A DNA stretch of 63,633 nucleotides, counting the filler, from a bacterium (GTDB taxonomy: Bacteria; JALSQH01), in NCBI GenBank assembly GCA_026985515.1. It is 10 parts of 10 records of this genome, joined end to end, with 100 filler letters (N's around TTAATTAATTAA, not from the genome) between each part and the next. Parts side by side here need not be neighbours in the genome. Positions count along the whole stretch, not along the records: positions 20,191 to 24,369 come from JALSQH010000075.1; positions 24,470 to 28,620 come from JALSQH010000076.1; positions 28,721 to 32,835 come from JALSQH010000077.1; 7 more parts are not named here. One strand, 5' to 3'. This document shows positions 20,191 through 31,243 of this stretch, one piece after another. Within the stretch, counting starts at the first letter, position 1. Each line of letters starts with the position of its first letter. Made by a program: the position numbers and the translations under genes. A model generated the notes under the pieces. The model saw nothing but the letters and a program-made list of their open reading frames with translations. It ran no database searches and was not told the DNA's origin.

Positions 20191-23013
20191 AAGATGCCCA
20201 CAGATACATATAACTGGGATGGATATTTCTCAGATGTGGTGGTAGTGGATCCGGGAAGTGTGGATAAGATTTCATTCAGTAATTTTAGAGTGATAGATAG
20301 TACCTATTCAACATGGGACAGGGAGTACAGATGTAAGCTGGTAATAGAGAATGGAGAAAGGGTGTGGTATTCAGAATATGAAGAAGGAGGTGGGGAAGGA
20401 AGTGCGTGTGATGAGTTGAGGTTTGATGTTGATGTGCTTTCTCCACTTGGTGCAACAGAGCCTGTGAGTTTTAAGATAGTTTCAACAATTGAAAAGCCTC
20501 TTGTGACCTGGACGAGAGCACAGGAGACAGAGGGGGATGAGAATAAATGGATTGGAGAGCTGGATATAAGGTACTGGAATGCAGAGGGGGTAGGTACTTT
20601 GCACCTTATGGATTCATTTCCAGAAGCGGTGCAAAGGGCTTTAAATTTGAAAGTGGAAGATGGAGTTATTAGAAATTATCCTCCAAGTTTACCGATAGGG
20701 TTGTTGTTTGATAAGAAGATAAAAAGGCTGGGAATTTTTACACCGGAAGAATCTTTGATGTATGGTGGTATAGGGGACCTTGAGAATAATTATTTGATGT
20801 TCTGGGATAGTTTCAGAAATAGTGGTAATGAATATGAGCGAGAGGAGGAAGAATGGTTGTATTCAATTACAGGATTACCGGCAGCGAAGAGGATTGATCT
20901 GATTCTTCCATCGGAGGATTACACCTCTTTTATTCCGAGAGGTTATACATATTTTGATAATCCGATAACGAGGGAATTTTTTGGTTACCCGGTAAGAGGT
21001 GAGGATGGTAGCAGTTTAGAAGAGGATTATCGGATTTCATTGGAGACATCTCCGATGAAGTTCATTCTGACCGATGATAGAAATGATAATATTTTTGTGC
21101 AGAATCCGATAGGAAAATTTCCGGAATTTATGTATCTTCCAGAGTTCGTTTCTCCTCCAAAGATTTATGCAAAGGTGAGGTTTATTGATAAAAACAAATG
21201 GAAGAACGATATCTTAGTGAACTTAAAAGATAGCCATTACCAATATGTTACGCAGTTTTTTATAATGAAACATCTTACAGATCATTTTTCCATGTTGCCA
21301 AGTTGTATAAATTTACATTTTCAATTGCCTGAGAAATTTCAGAAAATACTTAACGAATATGTTGCAAGAATATTGAAAACTTATGAGAATGTAGACGATG
21401 TTTTTGATGGTAAATTCGTTTATCCTGTGTATTTTCCTATTCAGTCACTTTCATATTTTAAGCCACCTACTGTTCCAGTTACTACTTTCCTGTTATTTAG
21501 TGGTATAGAGGATCCATCTAACGAATCTTATATAGCAGATGCAGGAATTTTAAAGGAAAATTGGAGAGATTTTCTTACAAGCACAAAATTTTATATTTAT
21601 TTCCCATATGAGGCATTGGCAAAATTTGCTAACGCTCTATGGGTTACAGATGATGGAGAAGGGAATGTGACAGTGTGGCATTTTGATTTTGATATTCATT
21701 TTAATAACTTGAAATCTAATCCTACTGATACATTGTATCTGGTTAACCATTATAGAAATTGGTTCAGTGATACTCAAAACAATTATTTTGCCATTGATAT
21801 GGCTGTTTTTAGGGATATTTTTGGTGATGAAGTTATATCTGATGATCCTACGCCTACCAATACCGATATTGGCTTAGGAGTGCATCTAATAATCTTGAAT
21901 ATTAGTAAGGGAAATTATTCTCTAAGTTTTGATGAGGAAAATGGAAAGATAATGTTAGTTATTCCTTTGACTTTTAGCGTGAGAATATATAGTGATGTTT
22001 TTCAAAAAACCTGGGATAATAATAAAATTTTTTTGAAAATAGCTGTACAATTCAGCACAAGATCGTCACATCTTTTCTGGAAAGTTTCTTTTGATTATGA
22101 TATTGAATTCAATTCAGATTTATTAGACTATACTTATGAACACAACTGGGGAGGAGTCAAAGACAATGTAAAAGACCTTATGATGGGAATATTCTCAGAG
22201 TTTAAGGAAGAAATTGTTAATGAGTTGAAAGGCTTTGTTCTTTTCTGGTTGGATTTACAGCTTGGAAGAAAGTTAAATTCTGAAATTTCGGATTCCATAA
22301 TTTATTGGAGTCTCAGAAACTTTCTCGAAAGTAATCCTACAACTGCAACAATTGCAATGAAAGATTTGATGTTTGCATTCAAAGGGATGTCAAACAACAA
22401 AAATGAGTTTTCCCTGGATGATAAGTTAATAGATAAGATGAATTTTTCTGTAATGGATGCTTTTTTCTTGAATCCCCGTTGTAGCCCAATAAAATTTTAC
22501 TCAGAAATATTTGATTCTCATTTTAGTTATCCCGAAAGAACTACGTTGCATACTCGATTATTAAATTCTTTTATGACTAATAATAAGGAGTCAAACTCTT
22601 TATCTTTTATATACCAGATGAATGCTCCGATCTGGATAGAGCAATTGTATGATGGGAGTGTCACAACTGTTTCTAAGGAATTAGATTTTTATATAAAGGA
22701 TGTTCCGATTTATTACTTACATGGAAAACCGGTTGTGCTTCCCTTGGAATTACACCGGCAGTTTAAATTTGCTAACTGTGAAAATAATTTTTCACCGTCA
22801 TTTCCCGATAGTTATGATACAGAGAATAGTGAGATTTCATTTTCTCCAGGTTTCGCCGATATTTCTATTGGAGTCCTGACTAAGTTTTTAATTTTTGATG
22901 AAATAAAACTTAAAAGAAGTGGAAATAAAATTGTTGAAGCATATGTAAAGCCAAGATCAAGAGTTATAGAATTTACAGGGGAAACAAGAGGAGGTATACT
23001 ATATGGGAGGTAA
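20191..23013 (+). CDS. Large hypothetical protein (>=939 aa), probably 5' truncated
   Basis: Frame open from the contig edge; no motif recognised. Confidence 0.75.
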   Translation, partial: KMPTDTYNWDGYFSDVVVVDPGSVDKISFSNFRVIDSTYSTWDREYRCKLVIENGERVWYSEYEEGGGEGSACDELRFDVDVLSPLGATEPVSFKIVSTIEKPLVTWTRAQETEGDENKWIGELDIRYWNAEGVGTLHLMDSFPEAVQRALNLKVEDGVIRNYPPSLPIGLLFDKKIKRLGIFTPEESLMYGGIGDLENNYLMFWDSFRNSGNEYEREEEEWLYSITGLPAAKRIDLILPSEDYTSFIPRGYTYFDNPITREFFGYPVRGEDGSSLEEDYRISLETSPMKFILTDDRNDNIFVQNPIGKFPEFMYLPEFVSPPKIYAKVRFIDKNKWKNDILVNLKDSHYQYVTQFFIMKHLTDHFSMLPSCINLHFQLPEKFQKILNEYVARILKTYENVDDVFDGKFVYPVYFPIQSLSYFKPPTVPVTTFLLFSGIEDPSNESYIADAGILKENWRDFLTSTKFYIYFPYEALAKFANALWVTDDGEGNVTVWHFDFDIHFNNLKSNPTDTLYLVNHYRNWFSDTQNNYFAIDMAVFRDIFGDEVISDDPTPTNTDIGLGVHLIILNISKGNYSLSFDEENGKIMLVIPLTFSVRIYSDVFQKTWDNNKIFLKIAVQFSTRSSHLFWKVSFDYDIEFNSDLLDYTYEHNWGGVKDNVKDLMMGIFSEFKEEIVNELKGFVLFWLDLQLGRKLNSEISDSIIYWSLRNFLESNPTTATIAMKDLMFAFKGMSNNKNEFSLDDKLIDKMNFSVMDAFFLNPRCSPIKFYSEIFDSHFSYPERTTLHTRLLNSFMTNNKESNSLSFIYQMNAPIWIEQLYDGSVTTVSKELDFYIKDVPIYYLHGKPVVLPLELHRQFKFANCENNFSPSFPDSYDTENSEISFSPGFADISIGVLTKFLIFDEIKLKRSGNKIVEAYVKPRSRVIEFTGETRGGILYGR

Positions 23014-24369
23014 AACAAGAATCTTTTCTATATTTGTTTTTGTTGTGGTAATTATTCCCATTCTTATTATCTCTGGTACGGGTTGTTTCCCAAAGAATTT
23101 TGATGATACAGGGGACTGTATTCCAGAAAAGAAACCCAGAATTGATATTTCAACAATTGAGTCTGGTTATACTTATTTTATAGCTCGTCTTAAATCTGAT
23201 ACTGAATTTTCAATAACCAGTAGGCCTGGAGCTCGTTTTTTTTATAATGATTATGTAAACAAAGTGTGGATCGTAGAATATCCTAACGAGGCCACTGTGG
23301 CTAGAGTTGATGAAATCCTTACGGGGTTCCCCTTTCGTTGGAGTGATTATCCTTTTGAGTTAAACGAAAACTTGTCTAAGAGGTATTATAATAGGCTTTT
23401 TCTACTTATACCTGGAGTGCCATATACTTACAGGGTAAATGGCTTTGCACTTTACAAGGGATCAGTTACAGAACCAGGAGGGGAGATTGCATTGGATAAA
23501 AAAAATCTGCTGGTGTATCTTGATAATTTGCTTCCAGGGAAAAATTACAAAGTATATATAAGGAAGTGGGTAAGGTGTAAAAATGCAGACCTGTTCCACC
23601 CGGGTCACTATCCTTACCCTGTACCTTTTACCTTCTCAACCCCTGCTACTTCAATAACTTTTGATGTTTCACAATTCTTCACTTACAGAGGGACTGCAGT
23701 AAGTGAGATTTATTCCACTCCAAAGTGGATTGATCCTATTTTCCAATCCATCGAAAACGCTAAATGGATATATTTTTCTCCACTTAAATATTTTGTAGCA
23801 ACATGTGGGGAAAGTTTTTTTCGCACAGATAGTTATAGTTATTATTGGCATCCCTGTATGGTGACAGATTATTTTTATTGGGGGAGTGGGAGTAATAAAA
23901 GCACTATTTCAAAAATATTTACTCTTGAGATCAAACCGGTAAAGGATGACCATTTTAGTCTCTTTCTTTATCTCCTCAGGGGCGCAGATAAATATAGACC
24001 CTATGAATTGCTTTTCGAGCCCTATGAGTTCGGTTGTTGTGGTGCAGATGATGTAGATTTATGGTATGGCTCTTACTATTACTGGTGTAGATCTGAGAGT
24101 TGTGACAGGTCCCTTTCATATTGTGAGTATGTTTCAATGACAACCGAAGATGATCCATCAATATTGTGGCGTGATAGTTATAATTGCCAGTATTCTTCTG
24201 GAAAGCTTATTAGAGGAAAGGATGTGTTTCCCTTCCTGAGAAAGGATTCTGTTTTTCATAGATTGAGGGAAATCGTTTTTAATGATGATCCTCTTGCGCT
24301 GGTTTTTGAAGATGGGAGAGTTATGTTTGTTGCAAATGGATATAAAGTAGGGAAACAAAGCGGTAAATG
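23003..24369 (+). CDS. Hypothetical lipoprotein with FN3-like motifs and Cys-rich C-terminal half; 3' truncated
   Basis: RBS GAGGAGG, signal peptide ending SGTGC; LIPGVPYTYRV and LLPGKNYKVYI resemble the FN3 LxPGxxY motif. Confidence 0.65.
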
Positions 24370-24469
24370 NNNNNNNNNNNNNNNNNNNNNNNNNNNNNNN
24401 NNNNNNNNNNNNNTTAATTAATTAANNNNNNNNNNNNNNNNNNNNNNNNNNNNNNNNNNNNNNNNNNNN
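24370..24469. other. Artificial contig spacer
   Basis: Same 100-nt spacer. Confidence 0.99.
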
Positions 24470-24489
24470 GTGATCTTCCCCATGTAATT

Positions 24490-25173
24490 GTGATAAGGAA
24501 ATTTTTTTCTCACCCGGAGTTTGCACTTCTTATTGATGATGTGGGATACAAGTGGAAGCTGCTTCAGAAGTTCAGGGGAAAGAAAATGAAAATTTCCTTT
24601 GCCATTTTCCCCTTTGAGATTTTTTCAAGAAAATCGGCCGACTTTCTCAAAAGTAATGGATATCAGGTTCTTTTACACCTGCCCATGGAACCCTTTAATT
24701 ACAGAGATCCCCGTATGATAAAAGGGATGCTTTTAACATCGATGAGCAGAGAAGAAATTGAATCAATTGTTGAAAAAGCTACAAGGCATCTTGGTGGGGT
24801 TGTGGGACTCAATAACCATATTGGCTCAAAGTTTACATCAGATGCTGATGCAATGAAAACTCTTATTGATGTGTTAAAGGAAAAAAATCTTTTCTTCATA
24901 GACAGTATGACTTCTCCCAAAAGTGTGGGCTGGAAGATCGCTTTTAAGGGAGGAGTGCCAACTGCAAGGAGGGAAGTTTTCATTGATAATTCTCTTAAGG
25001 TGGAAAGCATAGAAAAGCAGTGGGAAAAGGCGGAAAAACTGGCGATTAAACGGGGAGAGGTTCTCGTAATAGGTCATCTTCACCCCCAGACAGTAAAGGT
25101 TGTTTTAAAAAAATATCCCGAACTTGAAAAAAAAGGTATAACCCCTGTTTTTGTTTCTGATCTTCTCTACTAA
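24490..25173 (+). CDS. Divergent polysaccharide deacetylase (YibQ family)
   Basis: LIDDVG, LLHLPMEP, GLNNHIGS, FFIDSMT, VIGH. Confidence 0.9.
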   Translation: MIRKFFSHPEFALLIDDVGYKWKLLQKFRGKKMKISFAIFPFEIFSRKSADFLKSNGYQVLLHLPMEPFNYRDPRMIKGMLLTSMSREEIESIVEKATRHLGGVVGLNNHIGSKFTSDADAMKTLIDVLKEKNLFFIDSMTSPKSVGWKIAFKGGVPTARREVFIDNSLKVESIEKQWEKAEKLAIKRGEVLVIGHLHPQTVKVVLKKYPELEKKGITPVFVSDLLY

Positions 25174-25257
25174 CTTCGGTGATTTAATGGGATTTTCCAT
25201 ACCTTGCAAAATCTTTTGTTTTAAGCAATACTAAAAATCAAAAATGCGAGGTTCATT

Positions 25258-25683
25258 ATGAAGGTCTTTACAAAGTGGATCAGCATTGAAACACATAAGA
25301 AGTTTCAACAAATACCAATAACTGATTATGTGGAGTCGATACTTTTTGAAAGCAGAATTCAGGAGGGAATGGTGCTGGTTTATTCCGGTCACACCACAGT
25401 TGGGATCTACCTGGGAAATACGGATAAGTATCTTCCTCAGGATATAGAGTCTTTCCTTGAGCAGAAAGTACCAAATGATCCTCAGTACCTCCATAACATT
25501 TATGGTGGAGGGAATGCAAGTGCACACCTGAAAAATCTCCTTATTGGAGTAAGTGTCGTTATTCCTGTGACTCAGGGAAAGCTCGAACTTGGAGAGTGGC
25601 AGGGAATTTTTTTAGGTGAATTTGATGGGCCCAGGAAGAGGAGAATTACAGTCAAGGTTATGGGGCTGGAGAAGAAGGGGTGA
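25258..25683 (+). CDS. yjbQ: YjbQ/UPF0047 family protein
   Basis: GHTT, YLHN, NASAHLK, LGEWQGIFLGEFDGPRKR. Confidence 0.92.
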   Translation: MKVFTKWISIETHKKFQQIPITDYVESILFESRIQEGMVLVYSGHTTVGIYLGNTDKYLPQDIESFLEQKVPNDPQYLHNIYGGGNASAHLKNLLIGVSVVIPVTQGKLELGEWQGIFLGEFDGPRKRRITVKVMGLEKKG

Positions 25684-25687
25684 AGGA

Positions 25688-26746
25688 ATGGCGGAGAAAA
25701 AAACTCTTTCATATAAAGATGCAGGTGTGGATATTGAATATGCGGAAAAGATGATCGATAAAATTTCCTCCGCAGTTAAAAGCACATTCAGGCCCGAGGT
25801 TCTCTCTGATCTTGGAGGATTTGGAGGTTTCTTTAAGATAAACACTGCCAGCTATTCTGATCCCGTCCTCGTTTCTTCCACCGATGGAGTTGGAACTAAA
25901 CTGAAACTTGCCTTTAAATCGGGTATACACAACACGGTGGGAATTGATCTGGTGGCGATGTGCATAAATGATGTTATTGTTTCAGGAGCTGAACCACTTT
26001 TCATGCTGGATTACATATCCACGGGAAACCTTAAAAGCATTCCCTATGAGGAGATCATATCCGGTATTGTTGCAGGTTGCAGGGAGGCTGGCTGCTCACT
26101 CATTGGAGGAGAAACGGCTGAAATGCCCGGTATGTACAGAAAGGGCGAGTACGATCTTGCAGGTTTTGCTGTGGGGGTTGTTGAGCAGGAAAAGATTATT
26201 GATGGTTCAAACATCACTTCTGAAGATGTCCTTATCGGACTCGCTTCTTCCGGGTTGCATTCAAATGGTTTTTCTCTTGTGAGAAAGGTCCTTTTTGACA
26301 GGAAGAAGTATGACATAAACCATGTTATACCTGATCTTGGTGTGCCTCTCATTGAGGAACTTATGAAGCCCACAAAGATCTATGCCCATGTTCTCCAGTT
26401 TCTCCTTAAAAATTTTGACATTCATGGCATAGCACATATAACCGGTGGGGGAATCCCCGGTAATCTCCCGAGAATATTACCCCATGGAACAGCCGCAATA
26501 ATAAAAAAGAGAAGCTGGGAAGTGCTCCCAATTTTCAAAATAATTCAGAGAGAGGGAAACATACCAGAAGAGGAGATGTGGAGAACATTCAATATGGGGA
26601 TAGGGATGATCCTTGTGGTCAGCAGAAATGATGCTGATCAAATTGTTGAATCTCTTACCACTCTGGGAGAAAAAGCTTATATCATTGGAGAAATAAAGAG
26701 CGAAGAGGGGAAGGGAAGAAAAGTGATAATTGAGGGAGAAAAATGA
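25688..26746 (+). CDS. purM: Phosphoribosylformylglycinamidine cyclo-ligase
   Basis: YKDAGVD, TDGVGTK, GGETAEMPG, GLHSNGFS, HITGGG, TFNMGIG. Confidence 0.98.
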   Translation: MAEKKTLSYKDAGVDIEYAEKMIDKISSAVKSTFRPEVLSDLGGFGGFFKINTASYSDPVLVSSTDGVGTKLKLAFKSGIHNTVGIDLVAMCINDVIVSGAEPLFMLDYISTGNLKSIPYEEIISGIVAGCREAGCSLIGGETAEMPGMYRKGEYDLAGFAVGVVEQEKIIDGSNITSEDVLIGLASSGLHSNGFSLVRKVLFDRKKYDINHVIPDLGVPLIEELMKPTKIYAHVLQFLLKNFDIHGIAHITGGGIPGNLPRILPHGTAAIIKKRSWEVLPIFKIIQREGNIPEEEMWRTFNMGIGMILVVSRNDADQIVESLTTLGEKAYIIGEIKSEEGKGRKVIIEGEK

Positions 26747-27384
26747 TCAGAATAGGAGTGCTGATTTCGGGAAGTGGTACAAATCTTCAGGCAATTATTG
26801 ATGCCTGTAATTCGGGTTACATTGATGGAAAGGTGGTGGTGGTAATATCCAATAAGGAGGATGCATATGGTAGAGTAAGGGCGAGGAAAGCCGGAATTCC
26901 CGAGTACTACATTTCTCACAGGGGTAAGAGTAGAGAAGAGTTTGAGGATGAGTTAATTGAGGTTCTGGAAAAGTATGAAGTTGATCTGGTAGCTCTGGCA
27001 GGTTTTATGAGGATTCTTTCTCCCCATTTTGTCAGACGCTATTACGGGAGGTTGATGAACATTCATCCTGCACTTTTACCCGCCTTTCCCGGAATCAATG
27101 TTCAGGAGAAGCAGTGGGAGTATGGTGTTAAGATAGCAGGTTGTACGGTACACTTTGTTGATGAGGGAACTGATACAGGACCAATAATAATTCAGGCTGC
27201 CGTACCCGTTTACAGTGACGATACGGCGGAGGATGTAAGACTGAGAATCCTTGAGCAGGAGCACAAAATTTATCCTCTTGCCATAAAACTCTTTGCTGAG
27301 GGGAGGTTGACAATCGAGGGAAGAAGAGTTATTATTCAGGGAGAAAAAAAGAAGGGGGGATTTTTGATGAATCCCTCCGAATGA
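26743..27384 (+). CDS. purN: Phosphoribosylglycinamide formyltransferase
   Basis: SGSGTNLQA, LAGFMRIL, NIHPALLP, DEGTDTGPII. Confidence 0.98.
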   Translation: MIRIGVLISGSGTNLQAIIDACNSGYIDGKVVVVISNKEDAYGRVRARKAGIPEYYISHRGKSREEFEDELIEVLEKYEVDLVALAGFMRILSPHFVRRYYGRLMNIHPALLPAFPGINVQEKQWEYGVKIAGCTVHFVDEGTDTGPIIIQAAVPVYSDDTAEDVRLRILEQEHKIYPLAIKLFAEGRLTIEGRRVIIQGEKKKGGFLMNPSE

Positions 27385-27399
27385 AGGGAGGGTATTGGA

Positions 27400-28071
27400 A
27401 TGAGAAAACTTGTTCCAGTCATTTTAATCTTTTTTCTTATTTCACCTCTTTTTTCTGACGAAAAAATTATTCCCCTTTCCTCCTATCCGGATCTGAATTT
27501 CAATCAGTATGATCCTGCGAGTCTTGAAAAGATGTTGCAGAACAAGGAACTTGTTTTTGTTGATGATAAGAAGGGGGCGAAGGAACAGTATGTTACTGCG
27601 GGAATACTTATTGATGCCACTCCGGAACAGGTGTGGAAAGTGATAACAGATTTTGAATCTTATCCTCAGTTTTATCCGCAGACCTATAAAACAGAGATAG
27701 TGGCACAGAGAGGAAATTTTTACGATGTTAAAATTGTTTTGAAGTTCAAGTTTTCCATTATTTCCACTAAGGTGAAGTATACCCTCAGACACTGGTTGAA
27801 GGAGAAGAACCACATAATGGTATGGAATATACTTTCCGGTGATATGAAGATCAATAAAGGGCAGTGGACACTCATTCCCACTCCGGATGGTAAAAAGACC
27901 ATTGCTCTTTATTCAGTTTATGCAGATTTAAAGACCATGGGAGGGCTTGTTAAGTTTGTTTTGAAGAGGGAACCTAAACTTGAACTTGCGATGCAGGTTT
28001 CAACTGCAATTCTGGTGGCAAGGTCCACCAAGGAGAGGGTTGAAAAGTTAATTTCAGAGCATAAGTTGTAA
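27400..28071 (+). CDS. Exported SRPBCC/START family protein
   Basis: Signal peptide; PEQVWKVITDFESYPQFYP, GQWTL. Confidence 0.8.
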   Translation: MRKLVPVILIFFLISPLFSDEKIIPLSSYPDLNFNQYDPASLEKMLQNKELVFVDDKKGAKEQYVTAGILIDATPEQVWKVITDFESYPQFYPQTYKTEIVAQRGNFYDVKIVLKFKFSIISTKVKYTLRHWLKEKNHIMVWNILSGDMKINKGQWTLIPTPDGKKTIALYSVYADLKTMGGLVKFVLKREPKLELAMQVSTAILVARSTKERVEKLISEHKL

Positions 28072-28620
28072 ATGAAAAGATTCTGGTGGTTTCCTTTCCT
28101 GTTATTTTTCCTCTTTGCGTCGTGTGCCACAGAGGAAAAGTTGAATCCTGAAATTTATTCTCAATCCCCTGAGTGTATTCCCCCTTCACCCTCTGAGGTG
28201 ACATTCACGGCAATGTCCCCCTTTGAGGGAGTGACTCCTTCAGGGATTCTCATCAGACCAGCCGGTGAGAATTTCTTCACAGCAAGATATCCCATGAATG
28301 TCTGGGTATCTGAGAAGTACAGGAAAATTGTTGTTACAACTGGTGGAATAGGCGATACAAAGATTCAATTTTTTGATCTCTACTCACACAGGCTTTCCGC
28401 TGAGGTTTCAGGTGCGGATTTTTTCTATGGCCTTGATGGTGACGATGAGGCAGGGGTGGTTTTTGCATCAGCTGGTGGAGAAGGGGAGATATGGGAAATT
28501 TCAATGGAAAATTTTTCTGTGGTAAGAAAAGTCAAAACTGGTAGGTATGTATCGGGAATTTTTTACGACGAAAAAAGCGGCAGAGTCTATTTTGTCAGAA
28601 ATAATGATAGCTTAGTGGGA
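28072..28620 (+). CDS. Lipoprotein with beta-propeller (YncE/YVTN-like) repeats; 3' truncated
   Basis: Lipobox FASC, TPSG..IRPAG, short strand repeats (YPMNV, FFYGL, YVSGI). Confidence 0.6.
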
Positions 28621-28720
28621 NNNNNNNNNNNNNNNNNNNNNNNNNNNNNNNNNNNNNNNNNNNNTTAATTAATTAANNNNNNNNNNNNNNNNNNNNNNNN
28701 NNNNNNNNNNNNNNNNNNNN
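28621..28720. other. Artificial contig spacer
   Basis: Same 100-nt spacer. Confidence 0.99.
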
Positions 28721-30562
28721 TACACAAAACATCTCCAGGAACAGATCGTAAGAGATTTTGATTATCTGAACAGAAAGCTGAAAAAGGGAAAAATGAAAAT
28801 ATCCATTCTTCAGGGGAGAAACAACTACCTCTGTTTACTCAGATATGAGAGATTCATCCAGAAACCCTCCTCACTCTTCCCTGAAGGATTTACACCAGAT
28901 AAAATCAGAATACTTAAAGAGTGGGTTGCATCAACAGAAACAGGGGTGATCTCAGATCTACCCTTCTCCATCCCTGAAGAACTCTGGGAGGAGATTTCAG
29001 CCTCCGGAGAAACATGTCTCAGGGAAAAATGTCCATACTATCCAGACAGATGCTTCTACTTCAGAAGCAAGGAAAAAAGTCTTAAAAGCAACATCGTCGT
29101 GGTTAATCACCACCTCACCTTCTCAGACTACTTCATAAAAAAATTTTCCCGAGAAAATGCAATTATTCCTGATTACAGGAGAATTATCTTTGATGAGGCG
29201 CACCACATAGAGGACGCATTTCGTTCACAACTTGAACAATCATTCTCTCTGCTGGGGCTGAAAAGAACAATAAATAAACTCTACAAACCTCAGGGGAAGA
29301 AAAACTCCACAGGACTCCTTGTGGAAAGCTCAAACCTTGTACCGCCTGATCTAACATCTGAGGCACTTCTGAAAATATCCGAAACTCTCTCTTCAGCTGA
29401 AGAATTCTTCAACTTTTTCTACAACTCCATCAACTTCAAAGAAGATTCATTCTCATTCACAACTGAACAATTTCCCTCCGTGGTCAAGAATCTCAACAGA
29501 GTAATTGGAATGGCTTCTGAACTATCAACTTTGATGGCAAAATGTGCAGAAAAAATAGATGAAATTGCTGGTAAGGTAAGGGAAGTGGACCCGCTATTAG
29601 GTGTTGAGATAAAAGCAAGGAGTTTGAGATTAAACGAATATGCATCAACCCTGAATGATTTTTTTGAAACTGAAGATGCAAATATGCTATCAATCGTTGA
29701 GGCAAACAGAAGAAAAGGGGCAGGAGGCGTAAAATTCAAAATTCAGCCTGTTGAGGTTAACAATGAACTGTTTAACTACTTTGGTGAATTATCCTCAGCG
29801 ATTCTCACCTCTGCAACGTTCTCAGTATACAACAGCTTTGACTTCTTCAAAAAGTGGAATGGACTGGAAGAGGTTGAGAGAACCATTGAAATGATTCTAC
29901 CCTCCCCTTTTGATTATGAATCAAATATGAAGATTTTGATACCCACAGATCTCCCGGAACCAGATGAAGCGGGTTACTCAGTAGTTGCTTCAGATTTTCT
30001 CATAGAAGCTCTCAGGAGAAGCAGAGGCAGAAGCTTCATTCTGTTTACTTCCTACACAATGCTTGAAAGTTTCTACGCCAAAATTTACCCCATCCTTGAT
30101 CAGGAAAATTTCCTTTTGCTGAAACAGGGCCAGTTTCCGCGGAGTCAGTTACTTGAAAAGTTCAAAGGCGGAAAAAAAGCAGTGCTTTTTGGTACTGATA
30201 GTTTCTGGGAAGGAGTGGATGTGGCAGGGGAAAAATTATCCATGGTTGTTATCACAAGACTTCCATTTCCCGTTCCCACAGATCCACTTTACAGGGCAAA
30301 AACCAGGATTATAAAAGAAAAGGGAGAAAACCCCTTTTTTTCCTATGCTGTTCCGGCTGCATCGTTGAAACTCAAACAGGGTGTGGGACGATTAATAAGG
30401 ACCAGAAAAGACAGGGGAATTATCATAATCCTTGATGGAAGAATAGTGACAAGATCCTACGGCAGGAAAATACTGGACACACTCCCCAGCAGCAATATAA
30501 TAAAAGGCGATTCACTGCAACTCCTGACAGAAATAGAAAATTTCATAGGAGATGCAAAATGA
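28721..30562 (+). CDS. dinG: DinG/YoaA family Fe-S helicase; 5' truncated
   Basis: GRNNYLC, Cys cluster, FDEAHH, TSAT, LFTSY, SFWEGVD, QGVGRLIR. Confidence 0.93.
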   Translation, partial: YTKHLQEQIVRDFDYLNRKLKKGKMKISILQGRNNYLCLLRYERFIQKPSSLFPEGFTPDKIRILKEWVASTETGVISDLPFSIPEELWEEISASGETCLREKCPYYPDRCFYFRSKEKSLKSNIVVVNHHLTFSDYFIKKFSRENAIIPDYRRIIFDEAHHIEDAFRSQLEQSFSLLGLKRTINKLYKPQGKKNSTGLLVESSNLVPPDLTSEALLKISETLSSAEEFFNFFYNSINFKEDSFSFTTEQFPSVVKNLNRVIGMASELSTLMAKCAEKIDEIAGKVREVDPLLGVEIKARSLRLNEYASTLNDFFETEDANMLSIVEANRRKGAGGVKFKIQPVEVNNELFNYFGELSSAILTSATFSVYNSFDFFKKWNGLEEVERTIEMILPSPFDYESNMKILIPTDLPEPDEAGYSVVASDFLIEALRRSRGRSFILFTSYTMLESFYAKIYPILDQENFLLLKQGQFPRSQLLEKFKGGKKAVLFGTDSFWEGVDVAGEKLSMVVITRLPFPVPTDPLYRAKTRIIKEKGENPFFSYAVPAASLKLKQGVGRLIRTRKDRGIIIILDGRIVTRSYGRKILDTLPSSNIIKGDSLQLLTEIENFIGDAK

Positions 30563-31212
30563 GAGGAATTATTTTCGATTTTGATGGCACAATTGCTGAT
30601 ACAAACAGAGACATAGCAGAGGCAACAAATCTTCTCAGAAAACAGCTGGGACTCAGGGAAAAATCGATTGAGGAAATCACATCTTACATTGGTGACGGTG
30701 TAGCAAAACTTATGGAAAGATCCATTCCTGAATATGAAGGTGACCCTGAAGAGTTGCGAAAAATGTTCCTCGAAATATACGAGAAAAATCCGGTTAGATA
30801 CACCAGACTCTATCCGGGTGTCAGAAGCACTCTTTCAGAATTAAAAAACAGAAACTACGAACTGGCAATTTTAACAAATAAACCGGAGAATCTTGCATCA
30901 AAAATTCTCAATTACTTCGGACTTTCCCACATGTTTACGCTGATAGTTGGAGAGGACACACTTCCAGTAAGAAAACCTGATCCTGCAACAGTGAAGTTTA
31001 TTCTCGACTCCCTTGATATTTCAGCAGAAAACTGTGCAATGGTGGGAGATGGATTAAACGACATCAAAGTCGCAAAAAATAGCGGGATTCTTTCCATCCT
31101 GGTAACATACGGCTATGGAAATGTTGAGGAACTTAAAAAGCTTGGCCCGGATTACGTTATTGATGATTTTAAAGAATTGCTAAATATTTTCCCTCCATTG
31201 GCCCTGGATTGA
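30559..31212 (+). CDS. HAD-IA hydrolase (phosphoglycolate phosphatase-like)
   Basis: FDFDGT, LTNKP, KPDP, VGDGLND. Confidence 0.9.
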   Translation: MRGIIFDFDGTIADTNRDIAEATNLLRKQLGLREKSIEEITSYIGDGVAKLMERSIPEYEGDPEELRKMFLEIYEKNPVRYTRLYPGVRSTLSELKNRNYELAILTNKPENLASKILNYFGLSHMFTLIVGEDTLPVRKPDPATVKFILDSLDISAENCAMVGDGLNDIKVAKNSGILSILVTYGYGNVEELKKLGPDYVIDDFKELLNIFPPLALD

Positions 31213-31243
31213 TAAAATTTTAGCTTTCTGGTAAATTATTGCC

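Noticed and set aside
20191..24369. Prophage or diversity-generating retroelement target
   Set aside because: No phage hallmark, reverse transcriptase or template/variable repeat pair seen
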